51,217 nt of DNA, taken from positions 1 to 51,217 of the forward strand of contig CAWGYD010000007.1 in NCBI GenBank assembly GCA_963826785.1, given 5' to 3'. The stretch is from an uncultured delta proteobacterium. GTDB lineage: Bacteria > Desulfobacterota > Desulfobacteria > Desulfobacterales > Desulfosalsimonadaceae. The notes beneath the pieces are model-generated. The model searched no databases. It was not told where the DNA came from and saw nothing but the letters and a program-made list of their open reading frames with translations. How positions within the stretch are numbered: the stretch's first letter is position 1; each line of letters opens with the position of its first letter. Made by a program: the position numbers and the translations under genes. Shown here in pieces: positions 32,572 to 40,875 of this stretch.

Positions 32572-33930
32572 TTATTTTTCTTCATAAGTTTTTTCAAATG
32601 TCTGCCCTTTGTAATGGCTCCGTTCCAGGCTGCCGGCTTCCGCCCAGAGGATCGCCGGATTGATCTTTAACCGCTTAGTCATTGCAGCGACAATTTCCCC
32701 CTCAAGGGTTTTGAGTTGTTCTCCGGCAAGACCTGCCGCATGTTCAACACGCAATTTTAACGGCGGCACCACGCGGGGCGGTTTTTCATCAAGGACAATG
32801 CGCATTTCACCCGTCACTTTTGGCACAAATTCGTTAATCACCCCTTTGATATGACTGGGATAGACCATTACCCCTTTGACTTTCAGCATGTCGTCTGACC
32901 GCCCAATAACTTTGTACCGGAACCCGGACCGGCCGCAGGGGCAGGGTTCGGTGAATACCTGGTGGATATCGCCCATGCTCTGGCGGACCATGATCCATCC
33001 GTCCCCTTCAAGGGAGGTAAACACCGCTTCCCCTTTGGCGCCGTTTTCCATGGGAATCGGGGCTTTGGTTTCCGGGTCTACCAGTTCGTAATACGCAAGA
33101 TCATCTCCCAGCCAGTGCATGCCCTGGTATTCTTTATGATCACAGGAACATCCGAAACCAGCTCCGGCATCAAAAATTCTGCACCCGTAAGCCGATTCAA
33201 TCTTGGCTTTGACTTCCGGTATCCCCGCGCCCGGTTCACCGCCGCACAATAAGGCCTTAAACCCCAGTTCCTTCACGGTTTTATTCAATAATTTAGGCGA
33301 CTGTTCGATCAGATACTCCGCCAGGGAAGGCGTGCCCACATAGACGTTTCCTTTAAACAGGCCCTGCATCAGCAGTATCCGTTCACTTTTGGCTTCGGCA
33401 CCCACCGGTATCATGGTTGATCCCATTTTTTGCATCCCCATCATCGTGGGGATTCCGGCAATCACCATTGACAAGGCAAAGCAGAACAATACCCGGTCCT
33501 TCGGCCGGATTCCCGCCCGCCAGCCGCCCCGGACCATGACCTCCCCCCAGATATTGTGGATATCGTTATTGGTCATGGGGTAAGGTGTGGGGATGCCGGT
33601 TGTCCCGGTGGTGGTGGCAATATAATCAAGGTCGTCAACTGAGATGGGCATGATCTGATCCAGCGCTTTGATAAAATCGCCGCCGCATTCCATGACCAGT
33701 GCCCGCAGATCTTCCTTGTTAAACAAACCGATCTTGTCCTTGAATTCATCCATGCTGCTAAGAGAATCCGGATCGCATTTACTGCCTTCGATCATTTTGG
33801 CGTAAAATGGCGCATTGGCCTTCAGCCGGTTCAACATTTTTTTCAGTTTTTCAAACTGGACTTTTTCCATCTCCGGGGTATTGAGAAACGGTTCGATATC
33901 CATGTTCCAGTAGGGTCTGTTTTGATCCAT
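32572..33930 (-). CDS. Phenylacetate-CoA ligase (PaaK)-like AMP-forming enzyme, atypical
   Basis: P-loop TTTGTTGIPT, YVGTPS, GGEPG, YELVDPET, CPCGRS and GRSDDMLKVKGVMVYP. Start ATG 33930 (MDQNRPYW). Confidence 0.88.
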   Translation of the reverse strand: MDQNRPYWNMDIEPFLNTPEMEKVQFEKLKKMLNRLKANAPFYAKMIEGSKCDPDSLSSMDEFKDKIGLFNKEDLRALVMECGGDFIKALDQIMPISVDDLDYIATTTGTTGIPTPYPMTNNDIHNIWGEVMVRGGWRAGIRPKDRVLFCFALSMVIAGIPTMMGMQKMGSTMIPVGAEAKSERILLMQGLFKGNVYVGTPSLAEYLIEQSPKLLNKTVKELGFKALLCGGEPGAGIPEVKAKIESAYGCRIFDAGAGFGCSCDHKEYQGMHWLGDDLAYYELVDPETKAPIPMENGAKGEAVFTSLEGDGWIMVRQSMGDIHQVFTEPCPCGRSGFRYKVIGRSDDMLKVKGVMVYPSHIKGVINEFVPKVTGEMRIVLDEKPPRVVPPLKLRVEHAAGLAGEQLKTLEGEIVAAMTKRLKINPAILWAEAGSLERSHYKGQTFEKTYEEK

Positions 33931-33964
33931 CGATTGATAGCCTCTATGATGTGCAATTTTTATG

Positions 33965-34801
33965 TTATTCGGGAATGTCTTCGTCTCCGAACACACCCCG
34001 GTATCTCATGATCTTTTCATAGGCCTTTGCCTGGCAATTCACGTCTTTTTCAACAAAGGTCTCATCGGGCTCCACTTTCAGGAAAGTCGGATCTTCCCAC
34101 CATTTCGGTTTTGTTTTCAGGATGGGATTGCCGCCGCCGGAAAAAGCCATCCACAGTGAGGGACCGCCGGCCATCTGGGTCATCATTTTCTGTTCAAAAC
34201 TCAAAATGTCTTTCCAAGCCTCCCGGTCAAACCACAGATTTTTTCCTGAAGGCCCGACAGGCAGTCCCAGGACCATCGACGCGTCCTCCATGTGTCCCAG
34301 CAGCATGGCAATGGCCCCGATGCTGAACATAATCCGCGCTTCCGCCCGGTGCTGGGCCGCGCACGCGCAGGCAAAATCACAGGCCGTGCCGTAATCGATG
34401 GCCTTCCAGACGCAGCTGGGTCCGTAGCAGCCGACCCCGACCCCTTTGTTCCGGCTGGTGTATTTCGCATACTCGCCGCATGTTTTAAATCCGCAGGCGC
34501 CGCAATCCCAAAGGGCCGGCTGGGTCAGGTCCGCCCCGATCAATAAAACGGGCGGCAATTTCTTTTTATCGGCCAGGCCCTTTAACGCCACCGCGTCATG
34601 AAGCTGAAATGCGGAATTTTCGCCCAATGTCGCCAGCACATCAATGATCGGATAGATATCCTCATCAGTAATAATTTCCGTCATGATCTCAAGACGATGG
34701 GAGACCCCCGGCGCTCTACCCGCCGCCAGAGCGCAGGCCTTTGCGACATCCAGAAGGTGGTCGGCAACAGCATCCTGTCCATTATATACGGCCATGGTCA
34801 T
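33965..34801 (-). CDS. DUF2148-like Fe-S (ferredoxin-motif) protein, paralogue 2
   Basis: VAKACALAAGRAP and DCGACGFKTC...GPSCVWKAIDYGTACDFA match the DUF2148 pattern CGxCGxxxC...GPxC...D(L/Y)G. Overlaps the upstream paralogue by 4 nt (ATGA). Confidence 0.8.
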   Translation of the reverse strand: MTMAVYNGQDAVADHLLDVAKACALAAGRAPGVSHRLEIMTEIITDEDIYPIIDVLATLGENSAFQLHDAVALKGLADKKKLPPVLLIGADLTQPALWDCGACGFKTCGEYAKYTSRNKGVGVGCYGPSCVWKAIDYGTACDFACACAAQHRAEARIMFSIGAIAMLLGHMEDASMVLGLPVGPSGKNLWFDREAWKDILSFEQKMMTQMAGGPSLWMAFSGGGNPILKTKPKWWEDPTFLKVEPDETFVEKDVNCQAKAYEKIMRYRGVFGDEDIPE

Positions 34802-35583
34802 TCCTCCTTTCCGGAATTATCGGGTCTTTTTTTCTTTGCCGGATCAAACGTATGATAAGGATGATTCGGTATCTGCCGGGTAATCGTGGTGATCTTTCGG
34901 ATGCCATCCACCTGTTTGGCCATATTGGTGAGATGATAATTCGGCGGGGTATCCGCATAGGGGTTCTTGGATGCCACCCCCAGGAGAATGCCGACCACGA
35001 TTTCCGAGTTCATGCAGATATCCAGGTTCCTGCCGGCAAGTCCCACCGAATAGCAGGGTTTGGCGTCAATAAAATGATTACCGGCCACCCACAACGCAGA
35101 CCCGACGGCATATCCGAGGTCATGCGCCCGGATCACACAGACCGGACCCCGGATGGCCGTGTCCCGCCGTCTGTCCGTGGCGTCGATAAGTCCGTTAAAA
35201 TGATTCAAGCGCTCATAGACAAAAGAGCAGTTCGGCTCTCCGCCGCACAACCCGCACCCCACATCCATTGGGGTTTCGTGGGCGCGCTTGTTTCCCAGAA
35301 ATACAATCGCATCGCTTTCCCGCACCATTACCGCTTCATATAAAAACGGTTTTTTCAGCCGTTCCGGAACCTGTTCATGGGCCAGGCGTTCCATCTCCCG
35401 GGCGATCAGTTCCAGTTCCTTCTGGCCGTAGGCGATTTCCGCTTCATGGCCGGGAACTCCCCCGGTAAACGGAGCGGTTAATGCGGCATTGACCATCAGC
35501 TTCGCGGCGATCAGTACATTTTCTTTTTTGGCCTGATCCGGCGGCGAATACGGCGGCCATTCATCGATATGGATTCTTGTCAT
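34798..35583 (-). CDS. DUF2148-like Fe-S (ferredoxin-motif) protein, paralogue 1
   Basis: AAKLMVNAALTAP, CGLCGGEPNC...GPVCVIRAHDLGYAVGSA, YSVGLAG and SKNPY; GAGGAGG RBS. Confidence 0.8.
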   Translation of the reverse strand: MTRIHIDEWPPYSPPDQAKKENVLIAAKLMVNAALTAPFTGGVPGHEAEIAYGQKELELIAREMERLAHEQVPERLKKPFLYEAVMVRESDAIVFLGNKRAHETPMDVGCGLCGGEPNCSFVYERLNHFNGLIDATDRRRDTAIRGPVCVIRAHDLGYAVGSALWVAGNHFIDAKPCYSVGLAGRNLDICMNSEIVVGILLGVASKNPYADTPPNYHLTNMAKQVDGIRKITTITRQIPNHPYHTFDPAKKKRPDNSGKEE

Positions 35584-35654
35584 TTTTCCTCCTCGATTTT
35601 AAATGCAATCGGGATAAAACCGGATTCGTGCGGACACCGGTTATTTGTGCCGGG

Positions 35655-36908
35655 TCAGAAATCGAGCGGCGCCCGTGGATAGGTTTCCATCAGGATATGT
35701 CCGCCATGACGGGACAGGGTCTCGTTATTTCCGTCTTCTATCAGCGTAGACCTTGCGTCCCGGAACAGCTTTTCCGTCAGATATTCACGGGTGAGGCCGT
35801 TTCCGCCCAAAAGCTGAATGGCTTCATGTGTATTTTTAAAGGCCATCTCCGTGCACTGGGTTTTTGCAACCAGGGAATATTCGACCAGCGGCGGCGAAAG
35901 GTTTAAATTCAGGTTCATGCCCGCCCGGGCAATTGCCCGTCCGGTCTCGATCCGTGCGAACATGTCGAAAATCCGCTGCTTGGTGGTATAATGTTCAATC
36001 AATGGTTTTCCGCCCTGAACCCGTTCCTTGGTGTAATTCAAGGCTTCGTCGAATGCAGCCCGGGACAGGCCGTTAGACCAGGAAGCCATGCACAGATTGG
36101 CCGCCGCCAGAATAATATCGAAAATCGGTACATAAAAATCCGGGTCGACAAACATGTAGTCTTTGGGGATCCGCACATCATCAAAATAGATTTCCCCCTG
36201 GTTTAAGTCTCTCTGGCCGATCTTCTCCAGCGGTTTTCCCTTGGAGACGCCCGGAAGATCGAGCGGAACGATGCACACCCCGTTGCCGGAAAATCCTTTG
36301 GACGGATCAATCTGCACATGAAGCATGGTGTGGGTGGCGATGGTGCCGCCGGAAACCCACGCGGATTTCTGACCGTTGACCACCCATTCATCACCATCAA
36401 GCTTTGCCCGCACATTTCCTTTCATCTTGGGAGATTCAAAATACTCTTCTCCCACTGCAATCACATCAGACCCGTGCTCGGGCTCGGTGATTCCCCAGCA
36501 CCCCCGAATGCTTCCATCCGTGCAGTCGCAAAACGGTTTCACAAATTTTTCGATCAATTCATCATTGTTGGTCATGCAGATGCAGTAGAAGGGAAAACAG
36601 ACCACGGTGGTCAGAAGCGCAAGACCGAAACTTCCCCATGCCAGCTCCTCGAAGATGATGTTCGTCTGCAGCGGTGAGAGTCCGAGGCCGCCATAATACT
36701 CGGGCAGAAGGATTTTATGATATCCCAGCGAATAGGCTTTTTTCAGAAATGGCCACAAAGGAGAATCCGGTGCGATCCCCTCTTCAGCCGTCATCCGGTC
36801 CAGCAGTTTGGCCACCGGCCGCATTTCCTGTTCCGCAAACTGACGGGCCGCATCCTTCAAGGCAATATCGTCTTCACTCAAATCAAGATTGATGTCGAAA
36901 TATTTCAT
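35655..36908 (-). CDS. Acyl-CoA dehydrogenase
   Basis: Motifs LPEYYGGLG, WGITEPEHGSD, VVNGQKSAWVS, IYFDDVRIP, ERVQGGKPL, AIQLLGGNGLTREY, EKLFRDAR and IEDGNNE. Confidence 0.96.
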   Translation of the reverse strand: MKYFDINLDLSEDDIALKDAARQFAEQEMRPVAKLLDRMTAEEGIAPDSPLWPFLKKAYSLGYHKILLPEYYGGLGLSPLQTNIIFEELAWGSFGLALLTTVVCFPFYCICMTNNDELIEKFVKPFCDCTDGSIRGCWGITEPEHGSDVIAVGEEYFESPKMKGNVRAKLDGDEWVVNGQKSAWVSGGTIATHTMLHVQIDPSKGFSGNGVCIVPLDLPGVSKGKPLEKIGQRDLNQGEIYFDDVRIPKDYMFVDPDFYVPIFDIILAAANLCMASWSNGLSRAAFDEALNYTKERVQGGKPLIEHYTTKQRIFDMFARIETGRAIARAGMNLNLNLSPPLVEYSLVAKTQCTEMAFKNTHEAIQLLGGNGLTREYLTEKLFRDARSTLIEDGNNETLSRHGGHILMETYPRAPLDF

Positions 36909-36926
36909 GAATACCCCCTGTTTGGA

Positions 36927-37319
36927 TTACATCGGTAAATTGAATTTCTTGCAGTATTCCGGATAGAGCGCCTGACCGGGCTTGAGCAGCGGGAGCAGCT
37001 GCAGAACCTTTCCGACCGGTCCTTTTGCCTTGATCTGCCGGGTTGCCAGCGCCTTGGGGATGAACACCTGCTTCAGCCAGAATTTATGAACCGTGTCGCC
37101 ATCCATCTTCATGGTGACCGTTGGCACCTTGGCCCTTGCTTCCTCCTCGAAAACCGGTCCGTTTCCGTCCACGAACATGGTCACCTCCGGATCATCCACC
37201 ACAAACAAAATGCTCATATTGGATGCTTTCAGATTGGGGCCGAATTCGGTTTCGTTGATCATTTTCATCCAGAGTTCACCAAACAATTCGGTTGCGACCT
37301 CTTTTGTAAAAATCGGCAT
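36927..37319 (-). CDS. SCP2 sterol/lipid-carrier domain protein
   Basis: 130 aa with PTVTMKMDGDTVHKFWL...IPKALATRQIKAKGP, an SCP2-like pattern. Start ATG 37319 after AAGGAGG. Confidence 0.8.
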   Translation of the reverse strand: MPIFTKEVATELFGELWMKMINETEFGPNLKASNMSILFVVDDPEVTMFVDGNGPVFEEEARAKVPTVTMKMDGDTVHKFWLKQVFIPKALATRQIKAKGPVGKVLQLLPLLKPGQALYPEYCKKFNLPM

Positions 37320-37380
37320 GACTTCCTCCTTAGTGCATTGAGGTGGGTTGATATTGAACACAGAGAACACTGTTTTACAC

Positions 37381-37397
37381 AGCAAACAATGTGCCAA
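37381..37397 (-). promoter_or_regulatory. Sigma54 (-24/-12) promoter of the long minus-strand catabolic operon
   Basis: The minus strand reads TTGGCAC-ATTGT-TTGCT, a near-perfect TGGCAC-N5-TTGC consensus about 60 bp upstream of the SCP2 start. Confidence 0.9.
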
Positions 37398-37467
37398 GGT
37401 GATCTAAATTATAATGGACTGGTTTTATGATACAATTTAATAACTGAACTTGATCCGGAAATTGAAT

Positions 37468-37505
37468 CGTCAATATAATGCCACTATGGCGTCAATATAT
37501 TGACA
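37468..37505. promoter_or_regulatory. Tandem palindromic upstream activator sites for a bEBP
   Basis: Perfect palindrome GTCAATATATTGAC (37491-37504) plus a degenerate copy GTCAATATAATGCC (37469-37482) 22 bp away, both upstream of the sigma54 promoter. Confidence 0.7.
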
Positions 37506-37563
37506 TCCATGCATAGTCTGTTATGATGCCGGAAGCAAATCACCACAGAAAGGGATCCCGACC

Positions 37564-40377
37564 ATGAAATCAGACCAACCCGCCCGCCCGGGCAATCCTC
37601 TTGTAAATCGAAAACAAGCCGGTTTGAGAGATATCGACATCGCTGAAAAATACCTGCGGGCAGACGATAAAGAACAGGCATGGCATTCCTACAGGCAGGC
37701 TGCAGACCGGCTGTACCCGGCGCTGAAAAGGGATATGGACGCCGAATCTTTCTTTATTTCCGCCGCCCTCCATCTCTCCGGCCTTTCCTTCGCGCTGGGC
37801 AAGGGATTCAAAAATATGGCGAAATACCTTCACCGTGCCCATGAAGCCGCCGCGACACTGGGTGATCGGAGATCCCATGCCATGCTGAACATGCACCTGG
37901 GAAGACTCTATTATTTTTCGGACCGCCGGGCCGACGCCATGGTGGCGCTGTCCATGGGTTTGAGTGAAATCGAAGAGCTGGGAGATGAGGATATCCTCGA
38001 ACAATCCGCCGAGTTTCTGGGGATGTTCTATTTTATGCAGGGCCTGTTCAAGGAAGCCCTGCCTCACCTGGAAAGGGCCGAACGGATACTGATCAAGCAG
38101 GAACGGAATCAGTCCTTCAGTTCCATCGCCCCCATTCTGCTCGGTTACTGCCTGGCCTACCTGGGAGAATTTCACCGTGCCATCGGCACGCTCGATTTCC
38201 ATTGGCGAACGGCAAGAGAAAGTTGTGATCACAATATGGCCATGACCCTGCGGATCATCATGGGGACCGTGCTGATATTGATCAAAAGGGAAAAGGAAGG
38301 CTATTTCCATGTGGATGAAACGATAAAGGAAGCCCGGTTGCAAAAAAATTATCTGGCCGAATACCTGGCTGCCGGACCGGTCGCACTCCGCTTTCTCTCC
38401 ACCGGACATGCCGCCAAAGCCCATGAATACTTAAAAAAGACCTTTGAAAGCGGTCTGGTTACGGGGATCGTCCGCCAATATGCCTCCCCCTGGATATTGG
38501 AAATGATATCCGAATTCGAACGGCTCCGATTTGAACCTATTCTGGGGCTCACCCTTCACCAGGCAATGGAGCGGGCCGTCAATGAAAACAACATTCATCT
38601 TCACGGAACGGCCCTGCGGTTAAAAGCCCTCTATGAACTTGCGGAAAATATGCCGATGGAATCCGTTCTGGCGGATCTGGCGCTAAGTGAAACGCTGCTC
38701 GACAAATCAGGTGACATCATCCAGTCCGCCAAAACCAAAATAGAGATCGCCAGGCTCGAGTTATCCAGGGGGGACCGCAAGGAAGCCGCCCGGAAAGCCA
38801 GGGGGGCCTGGCAAATTCTGGGCGGATACGCCGAACAGTTCTTCCCGGATGATCTGCACCATCTCGTTAATCCGGAGACCCATAACCTCAAGTCGGTTGA
38901 TGCATCACGCGATTCGTTTGAGCGGTACATCAAGCTTACCGAAGCCATGTTCCCGGCAGACAGCGGAGAAGATGTCCTTGCCTGCGCGATTTGTGCCACC
39001 AACCGCTTTTTCGGAGCGGAACGCGGCGGGCTCTTCTGGTTCCCCGGCGGGAAATTCATCAATCCGCCCAAGCTGCGCGCTTCCTGCAATTTAAGCGAAA
39101 AAGACATTATCGGCGAAGATTTCAAACGAAATTATAACCTGATTTTAAAAGCCTTCAAAGAAAACCGCCCCATATGGAAACGGAATCAAACCGGCAAACT
39201 CGATCCATCCGGGCGGCCGGTCAGGTCCATACTGTGTCTTCCGGTGGAAGTCAGGGGGAAGATCCGCGCCGTGATTTATCACGACAACTCGTATCTTGAA
39301 GACTGTTTTGATTTTCTGGATGACAGCACCCTGAAAAAGGTGGCCGATCATGTCAGCCGGCAATCGGCCAGAATTTACGAATATTACCGGCTCCGGGACG
39401 AGCGCAACGAACTGATTACCGAAAAGAGCTTATATGAAACCACTCTGGAAGAAAAAGGCCTGATCTATAAAAGCCGGGACATGGCCGATCTGATTGAGCA
39501 GATAGACCGGGTGTCCAAAACGGATTCAACTATTTTGATTCTCGGCGACACCGGGGTTGGAAAAGAGCTTATGGCCCGGCGCGTCCATACCATGAGCCAC
39601 CGCAGAGAACGCCCTTTTGTGGTCATAGACGCGACAACCATACCTGAAGCACTGTTTGAGAGCGAATTGTTTGGACACGAAAAAGGCGCATTCACCGGTG
39701 CGGACCAGCAGAAAAAAGGGCGGCTGGAACTGGCCGACCGGGGGACATTGTTTATCGATGAAATCGGTGAACTCCCGCTTTCCATACAGGTCAAGCTGCT
39801 TCGCGCGATTCAGGAGCGCAGCTTCATAAGGGTCGGCGGAACCCGCACCATTGTCTCGGATTTTCGATTGATTGCCGCAACCAACCGCGACCTGTCAGAA
39901 GAAGTGTTCGCCCGTCGGTTCCGCCAGGACCTGTACTATCGCTTAAATGTCATTCCATTTACAGTTCCGGCCCTGCGCGAGCGCACCGAAGACATCGTCC
40001 TGCTGGCGAATCATTTTCTAAACCGGTTTGCCAGAAAATATCACCGGCACGATCTTGTGATCGATCCTGAAACCGAAAAGCTGCTGAAGCAATATGATTG
40101 GCCGGGCAATGTCCGGGAACTGGAAAACATCATCGAACGTGCCGTATTGCTGTCTTCAAAAGGAAGACTGAAGGTCGACCTGCCCTTGAACGCGATGATA
40201 AAAGCAGACGAATTCTTTTCCGATACCCCCACCCTCAATGATCTGGAACAGCGCTATATCCGCTACATTCTTCAAAAGACCGGCGGAAAAATAGGAGGCC
40301 CCGGCGGCGCCGGTGAAAAATTGGGGTTGAAACGGACGACACTTATCGCCCGAATGAAAAAACTCGGGATACGGTAA
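37564..40377 (+). CDS. Large sigma54-dependent enhancer-binding protein (helical/TPR-like N-terminus, GAF-like, AAA+, HTH)
   Basis: Motifs [49 protein letters not shown] and HTH LGLKRTTLIARMKKLG. About 440-aa helical repeat-like N-terminus. Confidence 0.93.
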   Translation: MKSDQPARPGNPLVNRKQAGLRDIDIAEKYLRADDKEQAWHSYRQAADRLYPALKRDMDAESFFISAALHLSGLSFALGKGFKNMAKYLHRAHEAAATLGDRRSHAMLNMHLGRLYYFSDRRADAMVALSMGLSEIEELGDEDILEQSAEFLGMFYFMQGLFKEALPHLERAERILIKQERNQSFSSIAPILLGYCLAYLGEFHRAIGTLDFHWRTARESCDHNMAMTLRIIMGTVLILIKREKEGYFHVDETIKEARLQKNYLAEYLAAGPVALRFLSTGHAAKAHEYLKKTFESGLVTGIVRQYASPWILEMISEFERLRFEPILGLTLHQAMERAVNENNIHLHGTALRLKALYELAENMPMESVLADLALSETLLDKSGDIIQSAKTKIEIARLELSRGDRKEAARKARGAWQILGGYAEQFFPDDLHHLVNPETHNLKSVDASRDSFERYIKLTEAMFPADSGEDVLACAICATNRFFGAERGGLFWFPGGKFINPPKLRASCNLSEKDIIGEDFKRNYNLILKAFKENRPIWKRNQTGKLDPSGRPVRSILCLPVEVRGKIRAVIYHDNSYLEDCFDFLDDSTLKKVADHVSRQSARIYEYYRLRDERNELITEKSLYETTLEEKGLIYKSRDMADLIEQIDRVSKTDSTILILGDTGVGKELMARRVHTMSHRRERPFVVIDATTIPEALFESELFGHEKGAFTGADQQKKGRLELADRGTLFIDEIGELPLSIQVKLLRAIQERSFIRVGGTRTIVSDFRLIAATNRDLSEEVFARRFRQDLYYRLNVIPFTVPALRERTEDIVLLANHFLNRFARKYHRHDLVIDPETEKLLKQYDWPGNVRELENIIERAVLLSSKGRLKVDLPLNAMIKADEFFSDTPTLNDLEQRYIRYILQKTGGKIGGPGGAGEKLGLKRTTLIARMKKLGIR

Positions 40378-40464
40378 ACAATGTCTTGAAAGATTTCGCT
40401 GAAAATTTGGTTCTCCATGAAGCAAAGGCATGGTTTGCCTAAGTTCATTTCCTTTCACAAACAG

Positions 40465-40615
40465 ATGAAAACATCGGGTGCAGCTAAAAGAGGTTGCAAG
40501 CCAATTTGATATTGCCTATACGTACCTGATCATTGTTTTGAATGGCCGTGCAACACCGTCACCGGATTTGAAAAAGAGGATCAATGGCGTACCAATCAGT
40601 GAGGTTTTTGTGTGA
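40465..40615 (+). pseudogene. XRE/Cro-like helix-turn-helix ORF or remnant (not in the ORF track)
   Basis: 40478-40615 reads VQLKEVASQFDIAYTYLIIVLNGRATPSPDLKKRINGVPISEVFV*. ATG 40465 comes into frame if one A of AAAA (40468-71) is removed. Confidence 0.55.
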
Positions 40616-40875
40616 GGCCTCGCACATAACAAACATCCGTCAATGACATCAATCGGAATTTGAAAAGTGCGGGATTTTGGAAAGAATCGGGGCCGGCAGG
40701 AGAAAATGATGAAACAGCAGATTTCATATACCCCTTTTTTTACACATAAAATGTCTTGACATGAACGTTAATTATATTTATTCATAATAAAATTAATGAT
40801 ATTTGATTGACATTGATTAAGTTTCCTATTATTTCTTGCAGTTAGTGACGTTACTGAAAGAAATTCTTTTTTGCT

